Of a DNA stretch of 61,337 bases, positions 1 to 11,347 are shown in pieces. Source of the stretch: an uncultured Clostridia bacterium (lineage in GTDB: Bacteria > Acidobacteriota > Aminicenantia > UBA2199). The position numbers and the translations under genes are program-made. Location of the stretch: positions 1 to 61,337 of the forward strand of contig CAZLSH010000003.1 of assembly GCA_964562095.1 (NCBI GenBank), in the 5' to 3' direction. Each line of letters opens with the position of its first letter. Position 1 is the stretch's first letter. The notes under the pieces were generated by a model. The model did no database searches and was not told the DNA's origin. It worked only from the letters and a program-made list of their open reading frames with translations.

Positions 1-473
1 AGCCCCTCCAGGGCATAATACTCTGCCTGGATGGGGATCAGCACATTATGGGCCGCGGTCAGGGCGTTGATGGTCAGCAATCCCAGCGAGGGCGGGAGGT
101 CCATCACGACATACTCGTATTCATCTCCCAGTTCGAGCAGGGCGTTCTTCAGGTAAAGGTGATTGCTGTCGTCGGAGACCGCCTCCATTTCGAAGCGGGC
201 CAGGCTGCGCGACGAGGGGATCACGCTCAGGAATTTCAGCTCGCTGCCGCGGACGGCAGCGCGAATGCCGGTCTCGCCGACCAGCACCGAATAAATGTCA
301 TTTTTTAGCGAATTCTTATCCAGGCCCAGCCCGGTCGTGGCATTGGCCTGGGGATCAAGATCGATGAGCAGGACTTTTTTTTCGGCGATGGCCAGCGCCG
401 CCGACAGGTTGATGGCGGTGGTGGTCTTGCCCACGCCGCCCTTCTGGTTGGCAACGGCGATAATTTCAGTCAT
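1..473 (-). CDS. soj: ParA/Soj chromosome-partitioning ATPase (C-terminal part lies outside the window)
   Basis: The reverse frame is open to the window edge. The rc of 421-473 reads MTEIIAVANQKGGVGKTTTAINLSAALA (deviant Walker A KGGVGKTT), followed by LIDLDPQANAT and DLPPSLGLLTINAL. Its start overlaps the rsmG stop by 4 nt (ATGA). It is missing from the ORF track because the window truncates it. Confidence 0.9.
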   Translation of the reverse strand, partial: MTEIIAVANQKGGVGKTTTAINLSAALAIAEKKVLLIDLDPQANATTGLGLDKNSLKNDIYSVLVGETGIRAAVRGSELKFLSVIPSSRSLARFEMEAVSDDSNHLYLKNALLELGDEYEYVVMDLPPSLGLLTINALTAAHNVLIPIQAEYYALEG

Positions 474-1048
474 GATCCATGCGTTTCACGTGAAACATTC
501 TCCAGTTTGAAGATGATCAGGTTGTCCCTCGATGGGATATTATAGCGGTTTTGGCGGACATTTGCCATCGGGATCTGAATTTTTCTGATTTTTTCCGGCG
601 AAGAGATCAATAACAACTCCCGCACCTTGCGCCGCTGGACGAATTCGGCCAGGACTTCGATGGCCGGAAACCCCCTGGCGGCAAGAGTGCTTTCGAAACC
701 GTGATGGCGGCGCATGAAATCCTGCACCGGCCCCTCGTGCACGACGGCATTGCGTAGGCCCAGATGGCGCAGCGCTTCATTGAGAAAAACCACTTTCTTG
801 CGGACGGTCTCGACCAGGATGAAGCGCTTCCCGGGCAGGGAAACAGCCAAAGGAATTCCCAGCAGCCCGCCACCGCTGCCAGCGTCGATCAGCAGCGGGG
901 TGGCAATGAGATCCTGCAACAGCAGCGTCTCGGCCATCAGGGCCGCCAGCGATTCGCGGGTCGAATGGCGCGAAACGAGGTTGACGTTGCGGTTGTATGC
1001 CAGCAGAAAGTCAACAAACGCATCGAGGCCCATCGGTTCCGGCGTCAT
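470..1048 (-). CDS. rsmG: 16S rRNA (guanine527-N7)-methyltransferase RsmG/GidB
   Basis: 192-aa ORF with the SAM-binding motif DAGSGGGLLGIPLA. Length and layout fit RsmG, and the rsmG-soj synteny is conserved. Confidence 0.85.
   Translation of the reverse strand: MTPEPMGLDAFVDFLLAYNRNVNLVSRHSTRESLAALMAETLLLQDLIATPLLIDAGSGGGLLGIPLAVSLPGKRFILVETVRKKVVFLNEALRHLGLRNAVVHEGPVQDFMRRHHGFESTLAARGFPAIEVLAEFVQRRKVRELLLISSPEKIRKIQIPMANVRQNRYNIPSRDNLIIFKLENVSRETHGS
482..497. promoter_or_regulatory. parS-like ParB binding site (15/16 match to TGTTTCACGTGAAACA)
   Basis: cGTTTCACGTGAAACA lies 8 nt upstream of the soj ATG, inside the 3' end of rsmG. Confidence 0.7.
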
Positions 1049-1089
1049 GGGCGGGGAATCGCGGCGGCGCTCTTCAAAAAATCAGTCAA

Positions 1090-1105
1090 TGTTTCACGTG
1101 AAACA
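1090..1105. promoter_or_regulatory. parS site (perfect 16-bp palindrome TGTTTCACGTGAAACA)
   Basis: Exact match to the widely conserved parS consensus, about 40 nt upstream of the rsmG start. Confidence 0.8.
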
Positions 1106-1122
1106 CGGGATGGAGCCATGGG

Positions 1123-1278
1123 TCAGGCACGGCTCTTGATAAATATGAAATAAGCGGCGGAAAGCAGCCAGACGGTCAGAACGACCGGGATAAAGCGGTC
1201 AAAGTCGATCAACAGCAGGAAGGGCGACAACAATACGACCAGGATCAGAACGATGGCCAGTATTTTTTTCGCCAGCAT
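1123..1278 (-). CDS. Small hypothetical membrane protein (51 aa)
   Basis: Reverse ORF MLAKKILAIVLILVVLLSPFLLLIDFDRFIPVVLTVWLLSAAYFIFIKSRA with two hydrophobic segments. It fills the glnA-rsmG gap. It is too short for the ORF track and I recognise no homology. Confidence 0.3.
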   Translation of the reverse strand: MLAKKILAIVLILVVLLSPFLLLIDFDRFIPVVLTVWLLSAAYFIFIKSRA

Positions 1279-1289
1279 CTTGAAACGGG

Positions 1290-2678
1290 TTATAAATTAA
1301 AATACAACTCAAATTCCTTGGGATGCGGGATGCGCGCGATTTCCTCGATCTCGGCGCGCTTGATCTTCGACCACTGCCGGATCAGCGCATCGTCGAACAC
1401 GCCGCCGTATTTCAGGTAATCATTGTCCTTTTCCAGGCAATCCAGGGCTTCGGCCAGGTCGGCCGGAAGCAGCTTGACCTTGTTTTTGAATACTTTGGGG
1501 TCGGGAATGGCGCCGTCGAAGGGGCCGAAGTTGAATTTTTCCGGGGAAAGGTTCTTGAAGATGCCATCGATCCCCGCCAGCAGCATGGCCGATAGGAACA
1601 GGTAGGGGTTCGCGGAGGCATCGCCCGGGCGGTACTCGAGACGCGTCTCGCTTTCGTCCACGTAAGCCGGGATGCGAATGGCCGCGTTGCGGTTGGAGGT
1701 CGCGAAAATTGCGGAAACCGGCGCTTCGAAACCCCGGACCAGCCGCTTGTAGGAATTCGTCGAGGGATTGGACAGGGCGCTCAGCGAACCGGAGTGAAAG
1801 AGCAGCCCGGACAGGTAGTGCAGGCCGCTATCGGAAAAATTGCCGTAATTTCCTTTTTTGAGGAAAACATTCGTCGCCCGATTCATGATGAACTGGTGGA
1901 CGTGCCAGCCGTTTCCCGCCTTGCCGAAAATGGGCTTGGGCATGAAGGTCAGGAAAAGATCGTGCTTGCGGGCCAGGTTGAACAGGACATACTTGATGAT
2001 CACCGCTTGATCGGCCGTTTTGAGCAGGGGGTTGAATTTGGTCTCGATCTCGTGCTGGTTGACGGCCACCTCGTGGTGGTGATACTTGATCTCGATCCCC
2101 AGCTGCTGCAGGATGGCCACCGCCTCGTTCTTGAAGTCGACATGCTCATCCTCGGGAGAACCGGCATGATACTGGTTTCGCTTCGCTTCACTGTCCATCT
2201 TCAGGTAAAAGTAGCTGCCTTCCTCGCCCACCCCGAATTCAGCTTCCTTGAAAATGAAGAACTCGAATTCCGGACCGAACAGGGCGTGCGTGCCGATCTT
2301 GGATTTGACCAATGCCGCTTCCGTCTTGGCCGCCACGAAGCGCGGATCTTCGGGAAAACGGGTGCGCTCGCTGTCGGTCAGATGGATGTCCGCCATGAAA
2401 ACAGCCGTTTTCCTGGCCCGAAAAGGATCGATGAACAAGGTTTCCAGATCGGGGATCATCACCATGTCGCTTTTTTCAGGCTTGGCGAAACCGTACGAGG
2501 ATGCGTCGAACCCCACGCCGTTGCTGATCAGTTTTTCGTCCAGCATGACGGCGGGAAGGATGAGGGAATGCAATTTCCCCGTCAGGTCAAGCGTCTTCAG
2601 GTCGATGAACTCGACCTGCATTTCCTTCAATTTCCTTTGCGCGGCACCCAGCATGTTTTTGTCTTTCATTTCTGCCAT
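1290..2678 (-). CDS. glnA: Glutamine synthetase (type I-like)
   Basis: 462 aa with GS motifs FGPEFEFF, GNGWHVHQ, NPSTNSYKRLV and NRNAAIRIP. An alternative start at Met4 (2669) is possible. Confidence 0.93.
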   Translation of the reverse strand: MAEMKDKNMLGAAQRKLKEMQVEFIDLKTLDLTGKLHSLILPAVMLDEKLISNGVGFDASSYGFAKPEKSDMVMIPDLETLFIDPFRARKTAVFMADIHLTDSERTRFPEDPRFVAAKTEAALVKSKIGTHALFGPEFEFFIFKEAEFGVGEEGSYFYLKMDSEAKRNQYHAGSPEDEHVDFKNEAVAILQQLGIEIKYHHHEVAVNQHEIETKFNPLLKTADQAVIIKYVLFNLARKHDLFLTFMPKPIFGKAGNGWHVHQFIMNRATNVFLKKGNYGNFSDSGLHYLSGLLFHSGSLSALSNPSTNSYKRLVRGFEAPVSAIFATSNRNAAIRIPAYVDESETRLEYRPGDASANPYLFLSAMLLAGIDGIFKNLSPEKFNFGPFDGAIPDPKVFKNKVKLLPADLAEALDCLEKDNDYLKYGGVFDDALIRQWSKIKRAEIEEIARIPHPKEFELYFNL

Positions 2679-2707
2679 ATACGCAAAAACAATATTTTTG
2701 TCAAGGC

Positions 2708-2736
2708 TTGACAGTCCAGGTCTTTTCTTTTAATAT
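2708..2736 (+). promoter_or_regulatory. Sigma-70-type promoter for dnaA (TTGACA-N17-TAATAT)
   Basis: TTGACA at 2708-2713, a 17-nt spacer, then TAATAT at 2731-2736. The predicted 5' UTR contains the DnaA-box pair. Confidence 0.5.
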
Positions 2737-2778
2737 GACCCGGTAAATCAAGGATTTCAAGGGATGGCGATGATTTTA

Positions 2779-2810
2779 TTTTCCACATTTGTTAAAATTT
2801 TTGTGGAAAA
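2779..2810. promoter_or_regulatory. Inverted pair of DnaA boxes (TTTTCCACA ... TGTGGAAAA)
   Basis: TTTTCCACA at 2779-2787 and its reverse complement at 2802-2810, each 8/9 to TTATCCACA. They lie just upstream of, or overlap, the candidate dnaA start codons. Confidence 0.5.
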
Positions 2811-2821
2811 TGGTGATGGTC

Positions 2822-4156
2822 ATGGACAATCTGCAAAAATTGAAAAACTACCTGAATGGCGTCCTGGACGAGCCCACGATCCGGAAATGGATCGAACCAC
2901 TGAAGTACATCGGTACCCTGGAAAAAACCCTTTTCCTTGGCGCCCCGGACAAAAAGAACATGCAATGGGTCAAGCAAAACCTGCTGGAAGACATCAACCA
3001 TTATACCCGGAAGCATTTCGATTTCATTACCAAGATTGTTCCGCTTGAAGAGGAGGAAAACTTTGCGGAAGTCGACCGCGAAGACCGCAAAAACGCGAGC
3101 CGCGATTCGCGCCTGCAGAAAAAATACACCTTTGATTCGCTGGTCCAGAGCGACTCCAACCGCATCGCCTATTCCTTTGCCCACAGTGTTTCGGAATTCC
3201 CCGGAAAATCATACAATCCGCTTTACATTTACAGCGACGTCGGCCTGGGCAAGACCCATCTGATGCAGGCGATCGGCAACCGCATCTTAGAGAACAACGA
3301 CCAGGTCAGCGTGGCGTACCTGACCACCAGTGACTTTATGAATGAATATGTGGAATATACCCGCTTGAGCAAGCGCTCTGATTTCATAAAGAAATACACG
3401 TCGGTCGACGTGTTGCTGATCGATGATATCCAATATATCACCAAATGGGGCGGCACCAGTGAACAGTTTTACTATATTTTCAACAATCTGATCCAGCAGG
3501 AAAAGCAAATCGTCATCTGCGCCGACAAACACCCGGACAATATCCCCGACCTGGAAAAACGGATCAAATCGCGTTTCGAGATGGGGGCCATCGTCGACAT
3601 CTTCCCCTATGACTTGGAGGCGCGCATCGCCATCCTGCAAAAAAAGATCGCCGAAAGGAAAAGCATCTATCAAAACAACCTTGCCATTCCCAACGAGGTG
3701 ATCGAATTCCTGGCCAATTCCATCAAGGACAACATTCGCAAACTGGAAGGGGCACTGAACCGGCTGCTGGGATACGCCGACTTGAAGCATGCCGACCTGC
3801 AATCGGAGACCATCACTTTGCCGTTCGCCAAGGAGGCGCTGCGGCCATACATTAATATCGAAAAAAAAGCCATTACCATCGATACCATCCAGGAGTTCGT
3901 CTCGGAAAAATTCGACATCTCCATCGAGGACTTGAAATCAAAGAACAATTCCCCCAAGGTCGCGCTGCCCAGGCAGGTCGCCATGTACCTGGCCAAAAAG
4001 CTGACGCGCTGCCCGCTGGTCGAGATCGGCTCGGCCTTCGGCGGCAAACACCATACCACGGTATTGCATTCCATCAACAAGATCGAAAAAATCCTGCAGT
4101 CCGACAGCGACTTTTCCAGAAAAGTCAATTCCTATGTTGAATTTTTCACCGACTGA
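2822..4156 (+). CDS. dnaA: Chromosomal replication initiator DnaA
   Basis: AAA+ Walker A GDVGLGKTHL and Walker B LLIDDIQ. The C-terminal DNA-binding domain reads LPRQVAMYLAKKLT...GGKHHTTVLHS. The start is uncertain: TTG 2789, ATG 2810, 2816 and 2822 are all in frame. I prefer 2822 because the DnaA boxes overlap the earlier codons. Confidence 0.95.
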   Translation: MDNLQKLKNYLNGVLDEPTIRKWIEPLKYIGTLEKTLFLGAPDKKNMQWVKQNLLEDINHYTRKHFDFITKIVPLEEEENFAEVDREDRKNASRDSRLQKKYTFDSLVQSDSNRIAYSFAHSVSEFPGKSYNPLYIYSDVGLGKTHLMQAIGNRILENNDQVSVAYLTTSDFMNEYVEYTRLSKRSDFIKKYTSVDVLLIDDIQYITKWGGTSEQFYYIFNNLIQQEKQIVICADKHPDNIPDLEKRIKSRFEMGAIVDIFPYDLEARIAILQKKIAERKSIYQNNLAIPNEVIEFLANSIKDNIRKLEGALNRLLGYADLKHADLQSETITLPFAKEALRPYINIEKKAITIDTIQEFVSEKFDISIEDLKSKNNSPKVALPRQVAMYLAKKLTRCPLVEIGSAFGGKHHTTVLHSINKIEKILQSDSDFSRKVNSYVEFFTD

Positions 4157-4333
4157 TGTTTCCCACAACCGGCACAATTTTTCAACAAGCATGGCAGGCG
4201 CTGGCAACCAGCGCTGGTTGGGAAAAACAACGATATCCACTTTTTCCAGTTGCATGTTTCATTTATTTTGATTATGATATTATTTCGCTAGAAAAGAAAA
4301 AGGCAGGTCGCAAATGAAAATTTTTGTGGAAAA
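4157..4333. other. Candidate oriC segment (dnaA-dnaN intergenic: DnaA-box-like 9-mers plus an AT-rich tract)
   Basis: TTTCCCACA at 4159-4167, ATATCCACT at 4233-4241 and TGTGGAAAA at 4325-4333. A strongly AT-rich stretch at 4256-4302 contrasts with the GC-rich surroundings. Overlapping palindromes lie at 4198-4220. Confidence 0.4.
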
Positions 4334-5417
4334 GGCGAAACTGGAAAGTGAGCTGCGTTTGTTCCAGGGCATATTTGAAAAAAAAGCCATCATGGAGATC
4401 CTGCAGAATATCAAGCTCTCGGCGCTGGATGGCGGCGTATTGGAACTGGTCGCCACCGATTTGGAAATCGGCATGGCCAGCAGCCTGCAGGTGGAGGTAA
4501 AGAGCAGCGGTTCCTTCACCGTGAACGGCAAGGATTTGTATGATCTGATATCCAAGATGCCCGAGGGCACCATAGAGATTTCTGAAGACAACGACCTGCA
4601 GGTCATGATCACCAACGAGAAAAAGACCTGCAAATACAAAATGCTCGGCCTGCAGTCCTCTGATTATCCCGAGTTGCCCGCCAATGACATGTCCGGCGCC
4701 ATCACTCTTTCATTGGCTGATCTGCAGGCCATGATCAATAATTGCTACTATGTCATCTCCCCGGAGCTGAAATTCAACCTGGGCGGAGCCCTGATGAGCA
4801 TCTCCAAGAACAAACTGGAAATGGCTGCCACCGACGGCCATCGCCTGGCCTACACTTTTTTCCCCGCCGACACGGCCATCAATGACACGGTGGAATACAT
4901 TCTCTCGCGAAAAACTTTGCTTGAGGTTCTGAAAATCGGCAGCTCCGGCGAAGTCAAGTTCGCCTTCGACAACAACAACCTGTTCTTTAAACACAAGAAC
5001 CGCATCCTGTGCTCGCGCATCGTCGACCAGAAATTCCCCAACTACAAAACGGTGATTCCGGAAAAGACGGAGCAGACGGCCATCATCCGCACCGATGAGC
5101 TGCTGCAGACGCTGCGGCGGATCCTGATCTTCAAGACCCGCAACAATGGTGTTGTGTTCAAATTCTCAAAAAACAAGCTGGCCCTGGAACGGACGACTCC
5201 GGAAAAAGGGGAAGGCTACGATGAACTCGCCGTTGAATACAGCGGCAAAGGGGTCAGTGTCGGCTTCAACGGCAATTTTATTCTTGATTTCCTCACCCAT
5301 ATCGATGCGGAAAAGATCAGCGTCGGCATGAACGACAGCGAGAGTTCTTTCCTGTTCAAACCGCTGAATGGCGGAGGTTCCCATTTCATTTACATCGTCA
5401 TGCCGCTGAACATCTGA
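4314..5417 (+). CDS. dnaN: DNA polymerase III beta sliding clamp
   Basis: 367 aa, a length consistent with a three-domain clamp, in the conserved dnaA-dnaN-recF order. An RBS-like AAAGGCAGG lies upstream. Confidence 0.93.
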   Translation: MKIFVEKAKLESELRLFQGIFEKKAIMEILQNIKLSALDGGVLELVATDLEIGMASSLQVEVKSSGSFTVNGKDLYDLISKMPEGTIEISEDNDLQVMITNEKKTCKYKMLGLQSSDYPELPANDMSGAITLSLADLQAMINNCYYVISPELKFNLGGALMSISKNKLEMAATDGHRLAYTFFPADTAINDTVEYILSRKTLLEVLKIGSSGEVKFAFDNNNLFFKHKNRILCSRIVDQKFPNYKTVIPEKTEQTAIIRTDELLQTLRRILIFKTRNNGVVFKFSKNKLALERTTPEKGEGYDELAVEYSGKGVSVGFNGNFILDFLTHIDAEKISVGMNDSESSFLFKPLNGGGSHFIYIVMPLNI

Positions 5418-5424
5418 CCCCGGC

Positions 5425-6459
5425 TTGGTCGTTAAAAAGTTAGAAATTAACGGATTTCGCAACCTGAAAGGTTTTGCCGTCGATCTGACCGCGGCCAAGA
5501 ACCTCATTTACGGCGCCAACGGCAGCGGAAAAACATCGGTCATCGAGGCGCTGTATTTTCTGGGTTTCGGCAAGTCCTTTCTCCCCGTCCAGCGCCGCGA
5601 GCTGGTTCATTTCGGCGGGGCCGGGTTTTTCTTGAAAGCCGGAATTGTCGATAAATCAGGAGAAAACACCATAACTGCCCACCTGGAAAAGGGATTGGCG
5701 CTGCAACTGAACGAGGAGCGGTCTTCCCTGTCGCAGGTGGGCCGCCACCTATACCCGCTGTTCTTTTCCCATTTCCTTTACAGCCAGGTCATCGACGGCG
5801 CGCCGCATCTGCGCCGGCTGATTGACCGCTTCATCTACGGCCTTTCTTCCCTTTACTTGCATGACGTTTTGCGCTATAATCAGGTTTTACAGCAGAAGAA
5901 TTATTTATTAAAAAACTTGGGCAGAGCGATCAATAATTCAGAGTTGCGGGGTTGGAATACACTTCTGGCCGAAACGGGAAGCAAACTGGTGAACAGGAGA
6001 ATGGCTTTCACGAACCAGCTGAACGGCGCGTTAGAAAAACAATGCCGCGACGTCATGCGCCTGCACTATCATCCGGCGCTGTTCAGCGACCGGCCCTTTT
6101 CGGAAACGGCCCTGCTGGACGATCTCGATCGTGCCCGGACGGCGGAGATCAGGAGCCGCCGCTCTCTCATCGGCCCCCAGCGCGACCGCTTCGAGGTCGC
6201 GGTGAACGAAAGAAAACTGCAGTTGTTCTCCTCGGGCGAGAAGAAAAAATACCTGTTGATGATGTATCTGGCCTACATTGGACTGTTCCAAAGGGCTCGA
6301 GGCGAGTACCCCGTTTTTCTTTTGGATGATTACGACGCGGTCATGGATGAGCGCAACCTGGAATTCGTGCTCGATCATTTCCCGGCCATGCAGGTCATCG
6401 CCACTTCGGTTGAGGCCAATGAGCGCTTTGAGCGTTGTATTGAACTTAAGAAGGAGTAG
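5425..6459 (+). CDS. recF: DNA replication and repair protein RecF
   Basis: TTG start. Walker A GANGSGKTS, signature-like FSSGEKKK and Walker B VFLLDD. Confidence 0.9.
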   Translation: MVVKKLEINGFRNLKGFAVDLTAAKNLIYGANGSGKTSVIEALYFLGFGKSFLPVQRRELVHFGGAGFFLKAGIVDKSGENTITAHLEKGLALQLNEERSSLSQVGRHLYPLFFSHFLYSQVIDGAPHLRRLIDRFIYGLSSLYLHDVLRYNQVLQQKNYLLKNLGRAINNSELRGWNTLLAETGSKLVNRRMAFTNQLNGALEKQCRDVMRLHYHPALFSDRPFSETALLDDLDRARTAEIRSRRSLIGPQRDRFEVAVNERKLQLFSSGEKKKYLLMMYLAYIGLFQRARGEYPVFLLDDYDAVMDERNLEFVLDHFPAMQVIATSVEANERFERCIELKKE

Positions 6460-6464
6460 CACGC

Positions 6465-8879
<2,415 letters not shown>

Positions 8880-8890
8880 AGGAATCCGGC

Positions 8891-11347
8891 ATGGAAGACA
8901 AGCAAAGGGAAAAGGAAATCAAGATGGCGATCGAGGAGGTCGCGATCGAGAACGAGATGAAGACCTCATATCTCGACTATTCGATGAGCGTCATCATCGG
9001 CCGCGCCATCCCCGATATCCGCGACGGCCTGAAGCCTGTTCATCGCCGCTGCCTCTATTCGATGCACCAGACCGGCTCGCATTACAACCAGGCCTACAAG
9101 AAATCGGCGCGCATCGTCGGCGACGTGATGGGCAAATACCATCCCCACGGCGACGCCGCCATCTATGACACCATCGTGCGCATGGCCCAGGATTTTTCCC
9201 TGCGCTATCCGCTGGTGGACGGCCAGGGAAATTTCGGCTCCGTGGACGGCGATCCGCCGGCGGCCATGCGCTATACCGAAGCCCGGCTGCACCGGATCAC
9301 CAACGAGATCCTCAATGACCTGGACAAGGGCACGGTCGATTTCGTGCCCAACTACGACGGCTCGCTGACCGAGCCGACGATCCTGCCCTCGCTGCTGCCC
9401 ATGCTGCTGCTCAACGGCACATCGGGCATCGCCGTCGGCATGGCCACCTCCATCCCGCCCCACAACCTGGGCGAACTGATCGATGCCTTCACGTATTTTG
9501 TCGACCATCGCGACGCCAGCGTGGCCGAACTGATGAAGATCATGCCCGGCCCCGATTTTCCCACCGGAGGCTTCATCTTCGGGCAGAACATGATCCGCAC
9601 CGCCTACGAGACCGGCAAGGGCAGCTTCGTCGTGCGCGCCAAGGCCGTGATCGAAACCGACAGCAAGGGGCGGCAGAAGATCGTGGTCACCGAGATCCCC
9701 TACCAGACCAACAAGGCCAAGATCCTGGAGAATATCGCCGAGCTGGTGAAAACGAAGCGCCTGGAAGGCATTTCCGACCTGCGCGACGAGTCGGACCGCG
9801 ACGGTCTGCGCATCGTCATCGAGATCAAGAAGGACGAGATCCCCGAAGTCATCCTGAACACGCTGTTCAAGCACACCCAGCTGCAGATCAGCTATTCGGT
9901 CATCCTGCTGGCCATCGTCAATCAGCAGCCGCAGCAGTTCACCCTGGTTGAATATTTCAATAATTTCCTGGGCCATCGCAAGGAGGTCATCCGCCGCCGC
10001 TCGCTGTTCGAACTGGACAAGGCCGAGAAGCGGGCGCATATCATCGAGGGCCTCAAGATCGCCCTGAACAAGCTCGACCTGGTCATCAAGATCATCCGCG
10101 GCGCGAAGAACCGTCCCGAGGCCAAGGCGGCCCTGATCGAGAAGATCAAGCTGACGGCGGTGCAGGCCGACGCCATCCTCGACATGCAGCTCTACCGCCT
10201 GACCGGCCTGGAGATCGAAAAGCTGGAAAACGAGTACATCGACCTGATCCAGCTGATCAACTACCTCAAGGAGCTGCTGGCCAGCGAGCGCATGATGCTG
10301 ACCGTGATCAAGGAGGAGCTGCAGAAGGTCAAGGAGCAGTTCGCCGACAAGCGCCGCACCGAGATCGTCGAGAAGCAGCTGTCCGAGTTCCGCATCGAGG
10401 ACATGATCAAGAACGAAGACTTCGTCATCTCTTACACGCGCAATGGCTACATCAAGCGCACCACGCTGAGCTCCTACCGCAGCATGAACCGCGGCACCAT
10501 GGGCAAGAAGGGCATCGGACTCAAGGAGGAGGACGTCATTTCGCGGGTGTTCGTCGCCTCCGCCCACGACCACATCCTGGCCTTTACCGAGAAGGGGCGA
10601 ATGTTCTGGATCAAGGTCTATGACATTCCCGAGGGCGACAGCGCCGGCCGCGGCAAGCCCATCAACCGCCTGATCGGCATCGGGGCCGAGGAGCGCGTCT
10701 GCTCGGTCATCAATGTGAAGGAGTTCCCCGAGGACCGCTTTGTCATGCTTTTCTCCAGGCAGGGATACGTGAAGAAGACCGCGCTGTCGGAATTTTCCCA
10801 TCCGCGCATCAACGGCATCATCGCCGCCGAGGTTCCGGAGGGCGATCTGCTCCTGCAGGCGGTGATCACCTCGGGCGCCAGCGAAGTGATTCTGGGCACC
10901 TACCTGGGCAAGGCTCTGAAATTCAACGAGGCGAACGTCCGGCCCATGGGGCGCGGCGCCCGCGGCGTGACCGCCATCAAGCTGGGCAAGGGCGACTTCG
11001 TGGTCGGCGCCGACGTCATCAGCGCGGACGACAAGTACATCCTGACCGTGACCGAAAACGGCATCGGCAAGAAATCCGACCTGGCGCTCTACCGCCTGCA
11101 GAATCGCGGCGGCAAGGGGCTGATCAACATCAAGATCACCGAGAAGCTGGGCAAGGTGGTCGGACTGGTCACCCTCAACGACGACGACAGCGAAATCATC
11201 CTCTGCTCGGAGAAGGGGATCCTGAACAAGCAGGACACTTCGGAGCTGCGCGCCAAGGGACGGGCGACGCAGGGGGTGCGACTGGTCAATCTGAAGCCCG
11301 GGGACCGGGTCGTCGCCATTGAAAAAGTGAAGCGCGACGAGAAGTGA
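8891..11347 (+). CDS. gyrA: DNA gyrase subunit A
   Basis: 818 aa. Active-site region [10 protein letters not shown], the quinolone-region motif [11 protein letters not shown], and GyrA-box-like QNRGGKG in the C-terminal beta-pinwheel. Confidence 0.97.
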   Translation: MEDKQREKEIKMAIEEVAIENEMKTSYLDYSMSVIIGRAIPDIRDGLKPVHRRCLYSMHQTGSHYNQAYKKSARIVGDVMGKYHPHGDAAIYDTIVRMAQDFSLRYPLVDGQGNFGSVDGDPPAAMRYTEARLHRITNEILNDLDKGTVDFVPNYDGSLTEPTILPSLLPMLLLNGTSGIAVGMATSIPPHNLGELIDAFTYFVDHRDASVAELMKIMPGPDFPTGGFIFGQNMIRTAYETGKGSFVVRAKAVIETDSKGRQKIVVTEIPYQTNKAKILENIAELVKTKRLEGISDLRDESDRDGLRIVIEIKKDEIPEVILNTLFKHTQLQISYSVILLAIVNQQPQQFTLVEYFNNFLGHRKEVIRRRSLFELDKAEKRAHIIEGLKIALNKLDLVIKIIRGAKNRPEAKAALIEKIKLTAVQADAILDMQLYRLTGLEIEKLENEYIDLIQLINYLKELLASERMMLTVIKEELQKVKEQFADKRRTEIVEKQLSEFRIEDMIKNEDFVISYTRNGYIKRTTLSSYRSMNRGTMGKKGIGLKEEDVISRVFVASAHDHILAFTEKGRMFWIKVYDIPEGDSAGRGKPINRLIGIGAEERVCSVINVKEFPEDRFVMLFSRQGYVKKTALSEFSHPRINGIIAAEVPEGDLLLQAVITSGASEVILGTYLGKALKFNEANVRPMGRGARGVTAIKLGKGDFVVGADVISADDKYILTVTENGIGKKSDLALYRLQNRGGKGLINIKITEKLGKVVGLVTLNDDDSEIILCSEKGILNKQDTSELRAKGRATQGVRLVNLKPGDRVVAIEKVKRDEK

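Noticed and set aside
2679-2790. Search for a sigma-54 (-24/-12) promoter upstream of glnA, which is often NtrC-dependent.
   Set aside because: There is no TGGCAC-N5-TTGC-like element on the glnA strand. Only sigma-70-like hexamers are present.
8966-10801. 611-aa minus-strand ORF inside gyrA, and similar ORFs at 7533-8777 and 6375-6833 inside gyrB.
   Set aside because: These lie antisense to unmistakable gyrase genes. Their composition is dominated by Asp, Gly, Leu and Val runs, consistent with reading third-position-GC-rich codons backwards.
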